A DNA stretch of 64,000 nt, taken from NCBI GenBank assembly GCA_053919585.1, contig CM132792.1; one strand, 5' to 3'. Below the pieces are notes generated by a model. That model ran no database searches and was not told where the DNA came from. It saw nothing but the letters and a program-made list of their open reading frames with translations. Source of the DNA: Euprymna scolopes (Eukaryota). The stretch's first letter is position 1, and each line of letters starts with the position of its first letter. Positions 26,013 through 40,089 of this stretch are shown in pieces. Position numbers and translations under genes: made by a program.

Positions 26013-27366
26013 CTTTTATGTGCATATGCATATATATATACATTAAAAACTTTGACTCATGTCCAGGTAAGCTACATCTAAAATTTCAAGTGTTTAGACC
26101 CAAAATTGACGGAGGAGTTTGGTAGAATCTTCAAAGGTGAACTCTCTCTCTCAAATTTGATCTCTCGCAGCCAAATTTTCGGACTAAAACTGATTTAAAA
26201 GTTAGCTCATGTCTGAATGCCCCTTTTTGTAAAATTTCAAATGTTTAGATTCAAAATTCGATGAATAGTTTGCTAGAGATCGCAAAGGTAAAATCTTTTG
26301 AACTTTTACTCCTTGGTAGCTAAATTTTCGGCCAAAAGCCGATTAAAAAGCTTGCCTATGCCTAAATACACTTCATGTAAACTTTCAAATGTTTAATTTG
26401 ATATAGTAATTTGAGAGAGACCGCAGAGGTCAATGTTTTAAACTTTGACCCCAATTTTGACCCCTTAACTTTTATTGTTTTGAGCTCAAATCAAGTTATA
26501 AAGTTTGATCTATGTCCGGGTAACTTACATCTAAAATCTTAAGTGTTTATATCAAAAATTGGCGGAGGAATTTGGTAGAGTTTTCAAATGTTAAATCATT
26601 GATCTTTGACTCCTTGACAGCCAAATTTCTGGCTGAAAACCGATTAAAACGATTTTCCCAAATCTCAATACGCCATATTTCAAATCTCGAGTCTGTAGAC
26701 TGAAAATTTATAGAATACTTTCGTAGGGAAATGTATACTCGCAGACACACACACAGACAGACAATTTCACTTTTATAGATATACTGGCAGTTCAGCCCGG
26801 CGTTGCTCGGCCTTGTGTATTGTTCATAACTTTATGTGCATATGTATATAGATATTAAAAAGTTTGACTCATGTCCAGGTAACCTACATCTAAAATTTCA
26901 AGTGTTTGGACCCAAAATTGACGGAGAAGTTTGGTAGAGTTTACAAAATCATCTCTTTCAACTTTAATCTCTTGCCAGCCAAGTTCTCGCCCAAAAACTG
27001 ATTTAAAAGCTTCCTGTACGTGTAAAAACCCTTTATATATAATTTCAAATGTTTTGACCCAAAATTAGCTGAATAGTTTGCTAGAGACCGCAAAGGTAAA
27101 ATCTTTTGAACTTTGACCCCTTGGCCGCCAAATTTTCGGCCAAAAACTGATTCAAAAGCTTGCCCTATGTCTGAATACAGTTTATGTAAAATTTCAAATG
27201 TTTACACCAAAAATTGACTGAGAGGGCAACTTTTTTTTACTTTCATCCTTTATGTCAAATCTCAAGTCTGTAGACTGAAAATTGACAGAGCACTTTGGTA
27301 GGGAAATGTACACACACAGAAACACACAAGGACAGGCAGACAATTTCACTTTTATAGATATATAGA
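26013..27366 (-). mobile_element. Two head-to-tail non-autonomous Helitron copies (26013-26782 truncated; 26784-27366)
   Basis: Minus strand 5' TCTATATATCTATAAAAGTG, (TGTC)n, internal subrepeats, 3' hairpin CCGAGCAACGCCGG then CCAG|T. Confidence 0.75.
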
Positions 27367-27691
27367 TCGATATAACGGTTGCATCGATTTGTCGCTGGAA
27401 GTCATTCAAATCCAAGGTAAAGAATACGCGGCCTTGCGAGGCCAAGAATGACTGAAATTCAATTCGAGGGTTCAGACAAATTTTTAGGAATAATTGACTT
27501 ACGCAGAGACTATAAACATACCTACATCTAATAAATTATTGGGTAGCGATTCGCGTTATTTGCGGCCCCAGAATTGTGATGTACACTTCTATAACATAAC
27601 TTTCCTAATCCACTTTTTGTTAATTGGACTACTGTTAGTGTCTTGATTATTACCGGCCTGCAGATTACAACATTAGTTTATATGAACACAA

Positions 27692-27751
<60 letters not shown>

Positions 27752-27993
27752 GATAGGTGATTTAGAAACGTAAAATCTTCATATACATACATTGATGCAT
27801 ATATATATATATATTGGGAATATACTCAGACACGTGGAAAACTTTTAATCAAAAAAAAAACAAAANNNNNNNNNNNNNNNNNNNNNNNNNNNNNNNNNNN
27901 NNNNNNNNNNNNNNNNNNNNNNNNNNNNNNNNNNNNNNNNNNNNNNNNNNNNNNNNNNNNNNNNNNNNNNNNNNNNNNNNNNNNNNNNNNNNN

Positions 27994-28448
27994 AGAGGGC
28001 TTAATTGAAAAAATTGTTACGTCGAAGTCGACGGATTTGTATGTTTGTCAACTGTTTCACCAATGCACATGCGCGGCCGTGAAACATCACATCTTTTTTA
28101 AAGAATAAATAGGGTTTAAAACGTTTTTAATGGACTGTCAAACTGGCACAATGGTTATCGTACTTAACTCACTGTCTCTAGGGTTTGGTTTCGATCCAAC
28201 TCGAGTATTTGTTTTACTTACAAGAAGTGAACTGTTTAGTTTATATGTTATGTTATAGCTATGTTTATTTACTTACAAGTTTATATGTTATGTTATAGCT
28301 ATGTTTATTTACTTACAAGAAGTGAACTGTTTAGTTTATATATGTTATGTTATAGCTAATGTCTCAGTTTCTTTCCGCTTTTTTTACTTGATTTTTTAAA
28401 AAGAATTTAACGTTACGTTTAATACCGGGCAGCCCCGGGTACATCTAG
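27994..28448 (+). mobile_element. 3' part of a non-autonomous Helitron containing a tRNA-like segment
   Basis: Ends CCGGGCAGCCCCGGGTACATCTAG|T; TGGCACAATGG and GTTTCGATCC at ~28144-28198; 5' end lost in a gap. Confidence 0.6.
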
Positions 28449-29524
28449 TATTTCATGAATATCTGATTAAAAGTTTTCAATTTACTTAATTGTTTGGATT
28501 TATGTATAAAGAAATAAAACGTGACAAATTTGCATCTGGATTTGTTTGTTATATGAGATTTGTTTTGAAACAATTACTCCTCTTATACATTNNNNNNNNN
28601 NNNNNNNNNNNNNNNNNNNNNNNNNNNNNNNNNNNNNNNNNNNNNNNNNNNNNNNNNNNNNNNNNNNNNNNNNNNNNNNNNNNNNNNNNNNNNNNNNNNN
28701 NNNNNNNNNNNNNNNNNNNNNNNNNATAGATAGATAGCCATATGGTGCCTATTAGAGACGTCACACTTTAATATCAAAGATTTAACATGCTTCGAATTTT
28801 TTTTCTGGCGCTAGTTTTATCTGATCACTACATCCTTTGAAATATTTCACGTTTCCTTATATTTTGTTTGGTTTTCGCACAAGTGAAAATATAGATGAAA
28901 ATCTCACAAGTTTATCAAAGAGCAAACATTGAGAAGTTTGTTAACTTAAAAAAAACTTTCATTTACATTTAACATACCCGTAACATAAGATATTCTACTT
29001 TTTTAGGCGATTAAGTCTGAGTACACTGAACCCTTATTTTAGAATATAGAATGCGAGTTCAGTGCATATAAATATTATTGAAAATAATCCCATTTCGTGA
29101 CATTATAACTTTTAAAGCAGTTAAGTAATTTTTACCACTAATTTTAAGGCCGATCAGAAAAATCACAAAATCACATGTAATTGGTATATTGTCCGTATTG
29201 CCACCCGTACTTAGGGTTAGTAGTATGAAAGGAGTGTGGTTTTTATAACTTTTATTAATACTATATATTAATACAATAGCGTGTGAGTTATTTATTTTGT
29301 GTGTCACGATTGATGTTTTCAAACCAAATCTTCATCAGTATTTTCTTTAATTTTCTATTTGTAGCGATTATCAAGACCCCTAAGATGTGATACCCTCATG
29401 TCGGAATTTCATTTCACGTTCTCACGTAACACTCGACGCTGCTTAAACCACTAACAACTTAGCCAGCTAGCTAGAAAAATCGATTTTGCCCTTAAAAAAA
29501 CAACAACAGTAAATAAGTATAATT

Positions 29525-32020
29525 TTTATTTCTTTTTTTTAATTACATTTTCACTCCAAACAAGGTACATTGCCACTTTGGTGTAGGGGGCTACTATCAG
29601 GGCCAACAACTACTGGGACACTTTGTTGGGATTTGGGCAGCAAGATTTGGGTTCGCGTTACACTTGAACTTCTGCATGTCAGTACACATATCAGTGCGGT
29701 TCTGGGGAAGAAACTACTGGAGTAGAAAGATTTTTTACATCTAGGGAACTGTACTGTGTGGGGGTGGGATTTAGCTGCCTGTCGGGTTTGTCGAGTGTGT
29801 CTACGTCGTGGGGGAACAAGTGTCTGCAGTTCGCTAGAGCATTCACCATTAAAATACTTATAGAACTGGAAGAGGGATGCAACATTTCGTCGATGGGACA
29901 GAGGCTGAAGCTTAGATGCCAGTTCAGGGCCTATCCGATTGGCGACTCTCTTTTGAATTTTGTCTAGGAGCGAGAGACTAGTAGCAGATGCACCCGGCCA
30001 AATGTGACATCAATACTCCATACATGGGCGAATGGTGGCCTTATAGAGGTACATGATACTTTCGGGTGTTAGTAGTTTTCTAGCACGGTAGAGAGAGAGC
30101 CTACCTTCTTCGCAACGTCCCTGGCAATACTTCCAATGTTTCCTGTGAACGTGAGGCCAAGCAGTTTGAAAGATGTACTCTCAGATAAAGAGTCACTGGC
30201 CATTGCTATTGGTGGCAGAGAAGGTTTCTTGTAATTATTGAAGGAAACCAGTTAAGTCTTGGCAGCATTGAATGTGACCATCCATTTTTGTCCCCATTCC
30301 ACTACAGATTGGAGGTCATCCTCTAGTGTGTTTGCCATTTCTTTAGATATGTGCTCATTTGTTTTCCTGTCATGCTTGTTATAGCGTGTGGCATCATCAG
30401 CATATATACCAATCTCAGAGGCAATTTTGTCAGGGAGGTCATTAATAAATATTAGGAACAATAGAGGTCCAAGGATAACCCCCCGAGGTACTCCCGCATT
30501 TATATCATATTGTTTAGATGTACGACAGTCGAGGACAACCTGGATTTTTCTCTTATTTAAGAAGGATTTAATTATGTTAAGTATTCGTCCAGTGATACCG
30601 TATGATCTAATTCTCCTGAGGAGACCCTCATGGCATACCCTGTCAAAAGCCTTAGATATATCTAGAGCTACCGTTTCACCCTCCCTCGCTTTGTCCAGTG
30701 AATGGTATATACGTTCAGAGATTACAATGAGGATGTCTGCTGTGGAACGGGCTTGTCTAAATTCATATTGTTTGTCAGTCAGAAGTTTAGCATTTGTAAG
30801 GTGATGAACTAGAGCATGGTTAATTATGGTCTCAAATATTTTGGCGAAAAGTGCGAGGAGGCTAATGGGGTGATAATTTGATGGGTCAGTTCTTTCGCCA
30901 GAATTCTTGAATACTGGTACCACAGAAGCGGTTTTCCAATAGCCCGGAAAGCAAGATTCATTAAGGCATTTGTTGTACAGTTTTGAGAGAACGAGCTACT
31001 TCGGCTCAGAACTTTTTTAATAGCGCAGCTGGGATGAGATCTGGTCCACATGATTTTGAAGTGTCAAGGATTTTTATGATAGCATGCACCTGAGCAGGGG
31101 TGATTTTTAGATCGTCTAGCGTGGCGTCTGTCCGCAAAGGAAAGTCAGGCAAGGGGTGGTTGGAAGGGTCCAGTTTGAAGTTTGAGGCAAACCGACTGGA
31201 CAGCATATTACCTTGTCGGTTGCTGAGCAAACAACCTCATGATTGTTGGTTAGTGGGGGAATTGTTGATTGCTCATTATTTACTACACTGTTGTAGATTT
31301 TCCAGAAGTCACGAGTTCCTAATTTTTGTGCTTCGATGCGTTTTTTAGTGGTTTTAGTAAATTCTCTCTTAGCTGTCGCTATTTCTTTCTTAACGTTACT
31401 TCTAGCTTCTATATACTTCTGTCTGTTTGAACTGGACTGAGATGTCGGCTAAATCTGCGGTATCCATGCTGCCTTTGAGCAATGGCAGTTGCGCAAGTCG
31501 AAGTAAACCATTGGGGAGAGTGGGGTTTGCTAGAAAATTTATGCATGGAAACATGTGCTTCAATTGCCGTTTTGAACCATTCAGTTGTCTCATTTGCGCG
31601 CTATTCAACAGGAAGAGAAAAAATATTTCCCCATGGGGCATCTCTGATAAGATCTCTGATGTTTTCCCAGTCAGCCTTTTTATAATATCTCGTTGTTTTG
31701 AGCACTGCCCCTTCAGTTTTGGGTCTAGAGTTTAGGGCGATTTCGTTCATTATCACTGCATGATCAGTGTTCCCGAGTGGGCTGTCAGCATTTGTTATAC
31801 ACTCATCGGGAACTGTGGTCAGAAGCAGATCTAAAAGTGATGCCTGTTGTTCTTTGCTAGTCAGGGAAACGGGTTGGAAACGTAACCATTTGTAATAGGG
31901 AGTGAGATATAGAGAAGCTATGTGTTGTGCTGCCCGCTGCATCTGTGTAAGTAGAGAATCCAAGCCAGTTTTTGTGGTGGACATTAAAATCAGCAAATAC
32001 ATGTACTTGTGCGCTAGTGT

Positions 32021-32080
<60 letters not shown>

Positions 32081-32990
32081 TGCTGTGTCTATGCTGTCAG
32101 AGACTTTGTTTATTATGGTGCGGTCCTGAGTCGAGGGAGAGCGGTAGAGAAAATAAAAGTAGTTAATTTTATGTTGTATGTTTAGTCTAAAGCACATAAA
32201 GGCTTGATCGTCCGATTCTAGGTTTGTTTCTCTAGTCAAGGGGAGGGTGTTACAAATGTAGATTCCAAACCTGTGCCTATGTCTGTAAGAGTCCTTACGA
32301 CAGAGTGGGAGATAGCCATACGTGTTAAAGTAGTTAGAGGGATGGAGGGATGTAGTTTAGTCCCACTTAGTGCTAAGATATCCGGGGTATTTGTTAGGAG
32401 AAATGCTTCAACATCAGCTAAATTAGTTCTAAGCCTACGGATATTCGTGAATGCAAGCCTCAAGGGAGGAGACAAGTTGGATTTGTTTGTCCCTAAGCCT
32501 GGTTTAAGTTTATTTATTGTATTGTACTGTCATCATGTTTTTAAAGAGTTTCAGTTAGGTAAGGGGGAGCTGAACAAGAGGTTATGCAGGGCATCAGACA
32601 TGCAATACAAGTAGACCATCAGCTGACCTTTCTTCAACTAGGACTGTGGCCTTAGGAAAGCCCATCCGGGATGAGTGCAGGGTCCCTTTCCATGCGCGAC
32701 ATGGCACTACAAACATCCCGATATTATACAACTGTTGATGGAACAGCCGCTCTAAGTGCTACCAAAGAGTTAGGGCACCTGTACTACCAGTCGAAAACAG
32801 CAGTCAAAAACTGTCAATCCGGTACCCTCAACCCATCAGAAGAAGGTCAACTCAATCTTATTGCACAGGCATATGTGGTACTCAAGCACTCCCAAGCGCC
32901 CAGTTTTGAGGGGTGCGATGTTTCGGGAGTGGGGAAAACGGTGTTCATTGCCCTAGACAAGAAACAAGATCTACCACTGAGTGTTTTGTC
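29525..32990 (-). mobile_element. Nearly full-length CR1-group LINE (APE endonuclease + RT), decayed
   Basis: FTNIRRLRTN..PDILALSGTKL, LYRSPS, LDLLLT, GNTDH endonuclease motifs; LDISKAFDRV, GVPRGVILGP, YADD; T-tract (minus-strand A-tail) at ~29525-29540; (AG)n insertion at 32022-32080. Confidence 0.95.
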
Positions 32991-33189
32991 GAATATTTAT
33001 GAATTTTAATATAAATTTCAAACAAAATAAATATCTGTTTATTTTGTAACAATGCGTTGCTTCGGCTTCAAACGTATATAATACGTATTTTATTTGATTT
33101 ATTTGTATTTGTTGAATATTTCGTCTTCCTTATTCTGACGAATCTTAAGACGCTGCAAAGAGTTTTTTTACCGACCCGGAGGACATCTC

Positions 33190-35640
33190 TTATTATCAGC
33201 CAGGTGAGTGAAGCCTCATAATTATCGAACACATCCCAAGGACATACTGAGCTACGCCCGCATTCGTAATACCCAACCTCTCAATCCTATCATCTGGAAC
33301 AGATCCCTTCACTATAACCCTATATAGCACCGCAGGGGACAACACTTGAGTCAGGGAGGCGTTCTTTCACCCATAATAAGAGCTTCAAGAACCGTCCACA
33401 CTCGCGATCAAAGTAGTATTCGCTGCGTGGCAACCTGTGTGACACCCCCTCCAACGAGTGCACACTTTTCAAAGCCGGAAAAGCTTTCTTAGTGTCTTAT
33501 TTCCAGAATTCACCGTTTCCTCCAGATTGGGTCTAGGTAAGTTATATGGAGCGTATGCCTTCGGATATCAATGCTAGGCATGCCCATACCGCCTTCCGAC
33601 GGATACAGGTAACGGATGTCCTTACTGACCATGGATTTCTTTCCATGCCACAAAAATATGAAAAGAACACTCACTAGTTGTAGTAGCGTGGTTTCCGGGA
33701 ATGGAAGCACTGATCGACGGTAGAGTATATAAGGATAAATGTGCGAACTGCAGACCCCCGCTCGACCCTTTAAAGTTAGATTACTCAGGGACCATAAACG
33801 TGTGTTGGCCTGAACTGCTTCCAATACTTCTGACCAATTTTTCTTCAACCGAAGGACAGGATAAAACCAGACGCCAAGTATCTTGCAAGGCCCATCCGTC
33901 CAGTCAAATAGCCATTGAGGGGGTACCCCCTCCAAGCACCAATGCGCAAGCCCACGGACTTATCGCAGTTGATTTGGGCTCTGTCACCTGTTCATACCGT
34001 CTTATTTCCATGTCGACGACTCTGGTCTCAGCAGTCACCTCGTTGGCATAGGCGGAATACTTACTCGTGGTACAATCAACTGGCAGAGTAATACCATGAA
34101 GTATCGAATTCACCCAAAGCCTGCAAAGAAAAGGCTCTAATGCAAGTACATAAAGCATCGGCGAGAGCGGACAACCCTGACGAATTGATCTGGATAAATT
34201 AAAAGGCTTCGAACTCACACCATTTACCTCTACCAGTGCACCGGGTTTTGCATATAGGAGACGAATTCAGAAGCGAAACTGAGGACCAAATCCAGCCGAT
34301 GAAAAGGTAAGATTTTGGCCAAAATCTTTAACTTTCTAATTAACAGCGTTAAGGGCCGAAATTTACCTATACCATCCCCATCCATTTTTATCCTTGCGTA
34401 GCAATTTCATTATCCCTCTGGTAAAATACTGAGGATGTACCCGTTCCTAAACCAGGAATTAAATATTATGGCCAGCAAATGTATAAAAATGGACGACAAC
34501 CTAAAATATAATTCGTAAGGTAGACCATCGAAACCAGGAGTTCTGTTCAGCCCGACCTGTTTCAGAGCCTCCAAAACTTCTTCCTCTTTTATACAACCTT
34601 CGCACCTAGTTGCTTCGGTCGCTTCGAGGCGAGAAAGGTCGACTAAATAGGCGTCGAACTAAGCTATTTTCAGAGCGTGATTTCTAGTATAAAGATCCTA
34701 AAAACGAGTTGAAGACCCTCCCAAATCCCGTCGTTTGTGGTCGAGTTAGGGTTAGGGTTATAATAAGCCACTTGAGAATTTATAAAAATTATAGTAAAAA
34801 ATATGTAACACTGGCAATCTGTCGATCGGTAAACTGTCGACGCTCTTCTGCACGCAAAGAAGCGATCATATTTGTCCTGTCGTTTGGCCCTCTTTTTAAC
34901 CTAGCCATAACTAAAATTTCCCGGTCCTCTTTGTCATCCGAGGAGTCCAGTTCTGCCTGAATTATATTACAACTACTGCTATCTCCCTCCTCCACCGCCC
35001 CATCTAATCTAGTCTCTTGTGTCGCTTTCACTGCCCTAAAGCTAAGATCGAGTCAGCGACTATAAAAAGAAGGACCGAATTACTATTTTCAAATGACTGC
35101 ACCTCTTATTCCCAATTATGGCTCCGGTCAGTTACCGTTGTATGGTAAATAAAAGCTGATCACGGAAGTCCTTCAAGTCGAACAGTGACGTGTTGAACTT
35201 CCAGTGTCTAGCCATCCTAGGTTTAACGCTATCTAAGTTTAACCGTATTCGGACGAGCCTGCGGTCCGAATAAAGTATATTATGAAAACTTGGACAATCT
35301 AAAAAACCTATGTCGACTGGCCAAAGAATCGATCGATATAACTCGGAAGTTGCATCGAATTGGAGCCGCGGCTACTTGTCCAAGTCCCTAATATATATCA
35401 GGGTTTTTCATTTCGGAACTTATCAACAAGATCTGACTTATCGATAAAATTCCGAAATGGTTTAACATTCCGATTTCGGTTGGTTGCCCTTGAAACGTTA
35501 CACCCGCGATCTTAATCGAGACCGAGGATCACGTTCCAGTCTCCTGCTAAAATCAATCTACGAGATGTATTCATGAAAGGCCCGATCCGCCGAAAAAAGA
35601 GGGTTTCTCACTATGACTATTTGGCGCATAAACCCTAATA
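33190..35640 (-). mobile_element. Decayed Tx1/L1-clade LINE ORF2 (possible ORF1 remnants extending to ~36370)
   Basis: SIRQGCPLSPMLYVLALEPFL, KILGVWF, LTLKGR, EGGMGMP; endonuclease-like RVYAPN near 35630. Confidence 0.88.
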
Positions 35641-37450
35641 TTTACAAATACTGGGTAATATGACACATTCAAATTTAGCTTAACTATCCAGGATACGGTC
35701 CGTGAATTGATATAAAATGTGCTGAATAGAGCTGAAACTCACTCTACAACACACCGTGATAACCAGATGGAATAAAGTCAGTTTCCCGTAGACAACAAAT
35801 GTCTACCACGAGGCCTGAAGGTCGCATGCAACCCGAAGTTTATGAGAAGCAGGACCCAATCCTCAGACATTCAGGCTTGCTAATCTGAGTACCATTGTGA
35901 TAACCTGGAACGAACATGTCAGGAGTCAGGATGTCAATGGCACATCCCATGGAATACTCAGACATAGTAGTGTATATAAGGCCGCCATGTGGCACACTAC
36001 TGACACCCAAAAAGGAAAATTAATTTTGCAGTCATATATATAGTGATGAATGGATACAAATAGGGACGCTCTCAAAACAAGATTTTTGTAAAGTTCGTAA
36101 ATTAGGGTCTTTGGTGATAAACATGGGTGGAGGATGAAATATCAAACGTTAAATTAGCTTCCTCCAGCATTCGCCAGACTTCTTTCGCTTAATCTCTGGT
36201 TCTGGTGACTGTTAATATTCTGGTAGTGTTCGGAAAATTCAGGGAATCTTCGACACTTGCCACCCTTGGACCCTTGTTTCCATTATCGTTGTCACATATT
36301 TGCTGTTGTAGCATTTGATATTGCGTCATTTTTGTGAAAGCAGCTTTTAATTTCTCCATAGTTTCTTGTTCTCTTTTAAGAAAAGGGAAGAAAAATCGTA
36401 TATGGCTTTGAACGTATTAAAAAAAAAACAATTTACTGTTTTCCACGTTTTTTAAACACGCAATACAATTTAAATCTTAAAGTAAAAACAAAATAATTAC
36501 ATTCCTCTCTCAATTAAAGTTCAATTTCTTTCAAGAAAAAAAAAAGTAAAAATCAAGTTCTGTGTCACAACATTTAATCTTTTCTTTGAAGATCCATATC
36601 GCATGGATGGTGATAGAAGACGGAGTTTGTTGGGATGACCGGCNNNNNNNNNNNNNNNNNNNNNNNNNNNNNNNNNNNNNNNNNNNNNNNNNNNNNNNNN
36701 NNNNNNNNNNNNNNNNNNNNNNNNNNNNNNNNNNNNNNNNNNNNNNNNNNNNNNNNNNNNNNNNNNNNNNNNNNNNNNNNNNNNNNNNNNNNNNNNNNNN
36801 NNNNNNNNNNNNNNNNNNNNNNNNNNNNNNNNNNNNNNNNNNNNNNNNNNNNNNNNNNNNNNTTGTAGTAGCTTTGTCCTGCCTAAATCGGTCGCACATA
36901 AATAATGAAACCCTTTTAATATATGCATTTACAATTGAGTGACGATTTATAAGAGCCACAAACTACTCGAGGATAAAAATTAGGGGGATGCATTGGTTAT
37001 TAATTAAACGATGAATAATATGACGAGAAGATTTAAAATGATAAATGGACGAGCAAAGTTTGGCCACTAATGGCCATGTTTTATTTTTGCATTAGAAGTC
37101 ATTATTTTAATACGGTGCGCGAACCTCAAGTGAAGATTTATTTGACCACTCACGTAATTTCGTTTAACATATTTATTACTATAACTTCTATAAATTCTCA
37201 AATGGCTTTTAGTTTCGATAAGTGGTTTCTCATTAGTAAAATAACAGACGAGTGTGTTTGCGCGTGTGCGTGTATTTCGTTTTGGCACAGGTGCTTACAG
37301 CATGACAAGTGTTTTATGAGTCTTTCCTTATTGGTTAATCTATGCCAGCAGATATTTATAAAAATATAAAGCATTAACTTGATTCATTCAAGTGGTGAGC
37401 CTTATCTACAAAAGTCTTCCTCTTCAAAGGTTCACGCTACAACGCAAAAG

Positions 37451-37531
37451 ATGGCTTCTTTATTAAGGAAATTTGAAAACGGAGACTTTTTCATCAGGAA
37501 AGGCACTGGATTTCTCATTCCAGAACCGAAA
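37451..37531 (+). CDS. Candidate first coding exon A (MASLLRKFENGDFFIRKGTGFLIPEPK), unknown protein
   Basis: AAAAGATGG start context, 27 open codons, phase-0 GTAAGC donor; similar to the exon at 44364. Confidence 0.5.
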
Positions 37532-37594
37532 GTAAGCCTATACTTTTTTTAAAAATCTATTTCTACATTGTAAGTTGTTATTGCCGTTTTGTTT

Positions 37595-37880
37595 TTAGCC
37601 CAGCTCCTACCAGATCAGGCCGTCAGAAAATATCAGCTTCCCGACTTAAATGCACCAAACATTGACGGTATTCATTTTTTCTTTTCCTTTTGTAAAACTC
37701 AATTGTGCTCTGCAAAGCCAAATCAAAAATGGCAATTTTTTTCTCAACAAAACAATCGAACTAAACGCCATAAATAAATATTTGATGATATAAAGATTTG
37801 AAACATAAAACTTTTTTTTTCTAAAATTATTGGATTCGGCATTAAGCAGCCGAAAGTGGTTGATGTGTCGTAAAAAACAA
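37595..37880 (+). repeat. SINE-like interspersed repeat related to 5630-6110
   Basis: Two shared blocks in the same order; followed by an (CAAAA)n tail. Confidence 0.65.
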
Positions 37881-39193
37881 AACAAAAACAAAACAAAAAA
37901 TAAAAAATAAACAAGCAAAACGGCCAAACCATCTCTTGTCGTTAGATGTCAACAAATCTCCATAGAAAACCGTATCACATTTGCGATTCAAATAGAATTT
38001 ACATCGCTAAACAAGCAGATTGATGCACGATTAGATTTTTTTAAAAAACTAATTTTACTTTTTGAGTTTTTATTTATTAACCTTAGACGGCATTATACGA
38101 AACAATGCAGTTTTTACCGCTTCTCCTTTAGTACTGTTAAAAAAAAAACAAAAAAACAAACAACAACAACCCCTGTAAGCCTCCCGCCTTAGGTCAGCAG
38201 ATGTGGCCTCTGACCCTGTTGAAACTGCAATGGCCGATGATCGTCTTTTTTCGGGAGCACTTAACAGGATTCTTCAGCGTCGCAGGCTTCGTCTCGATTC
38301 GCGCTGAAAATCAATTAGCTTCTCATGCAAATCAAAAAGAAAACAAACTCGGGGGATGTCTAGTCTACTAAAAGTTAATTCACGAAAATGACAGGTGTTT
38401 TACATATGTACAATTGTTCAGTTCGATTACACCAGAAAACAGTCCAAGATTTTATTTTTCGTTCTCCACGATGGCGACCTTGATGGAGAAAGAGGGATGA
38501 GTGGGGTTTCTTGGGTGCGGGTGTTTCTCTCGAGATTCGGCTTCGATCTGATAATTTCGACCCGGGATTTGCTTATATTCAAAGGTGATGGGGTGGGGTA
38601 AGCTGTTCCTCAGACCAATCAGAACTCAACACGTTATTCGGGGAAGTCCCAAATCCTTTGCGTGTGTGCACCTCTGCAAGGCTTTCATATGCCTGCGAAT
38701 CTGGGATCAGAACTCAAATTTATTCACACGCCCAGTAAGCCAGATATCCTGAACACGGGTTCGTCAGGCCAAGAAAAAAATGTATGATTTCATTCTAACT
38801 TTAATCTGACATTTCTTGTCACTTTGCTCAAACAATAACATATATGTCAATCCCACAAAAAAACACAATAAATTCATCCGCTTTGATAGGTTACCCGCCG
38901 CTATCCGGGATCCAATTAACGCTTAATGTCTGCATAATTACCCGGCCTTACTCAGTGTTTTTAGGGCGTCTTAATCTCCTCAATGGGGAGTAATATCGCT
39001 TCCCAATGCGGTCACGCCACCTCCCTAAAAAACAAACAAATAAAAAACAATCCATAAAAAAAGACACCGCGTACAAATGTGACAAGCGAGATGTTTATCA
39101 TACGACAGGTCAATACGTTTACTGTCGGTAGACATAATGAATCTGAACAACCGGACGAATAGCCTGATTAAAAGAAAAATCATAGATATTACT

Positions 39194-39890
39194 ATCTCTT
39201 ATGTTATATAAAAGGAACTTTGTGCGTGTGAGTTCGTTCCCTACGGACTCTAAAACGGCTCCACCGACTTTTATAAAATTTCACTTGAAAAGACGTGCCC
39301 GGTTGTTCCTAGATATATTTGTATGGGAATATCTTCGGTAAATATCAATAATCAATAATAGAAATAAATCGATGAAAGAAGGAACAGGCGATTTTGACCC
39401 AAGTTAACACCTTACGCAACCTAACATCACAATTGCATTTGAGAAGTTTTATTATCACACAAGCCGAAAGGCACGATATATAAAATCAACGGTGCTACTA
39501 TAATGTGATTCCTACAATCAAAGTTCTACTATAATGTGATTCCTACAATCAAAGTTCTACTATAATGTGATTCCTACAATCAAAGTTCTACTATAATGTG
39601 ATTCCTACAATCAAAGTTCTACTATAATGTGATTCCTACAATCAAAGTTCTACTATAATGTGATTCCTACAATCAAAGTTCTACTATAATGTGATTCCTA
39701 CAATCAAAGTTCTACTATAATGTGATTCCTACAATCAAAGTTCTACTATAATGTGATTCCTACAATCAAAGTTCTACTATAATGTGATTCCTACAATCAA
39801 AGTTCTACTATAATGTGATTCCTACAATCAAAGTTCTACTATAATGTGATTCCTACAATCAAAGTTCTACTATAATGTGATTCCTACTGT
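39194..39890 (+). mobile_element. Probable 5' part of a non-autonomous Helitron
   Basis: TC..TTATATAAAAG start typical of the other Helitrons here; AAAATCAAC motif shared with 42387 and 50765. Confidence 0.4.
39495..39886. repeat. Perfect 31-bp minisatellite, ~12.6 copies
   Basis: Unit TACTATAATGTGATTCCTACAATCAAAGTTC with no spacers. Confidence 0.97.
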
Positions 39891-40089
39891 ATTTTTCGGG
39901 TCTAAAGTTATTCTTACCAAAGAAGGATAGAAAAAGCATGTATTTATTCTGTTCAATTCTAGAAAACACGTTGAAAAATCCACAAAACGAAATTTAAACA
40001 ATCAGAATTAACTTCCGTCATCAATATTGCAAAATTGAATCACTAATTTAGTAAAAAAAAAAAAATAAATAAATAAATAAATTAACAAA

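Noticed and set aside
29400-29470. Faint tRNA-like sequence on the minus strand
   Set aside because: Too degenerate to support a call.
32671-33009. 112-aa plus-strand ORF
   Set aside because: Antisense to the LINE leader, with no recognisable motif.
39495-39886. CRISPR-like 31-bp repeats
   Set aside because: Units are contiguous with no spacers, there are no cas genes, and the context is eukaryotic.
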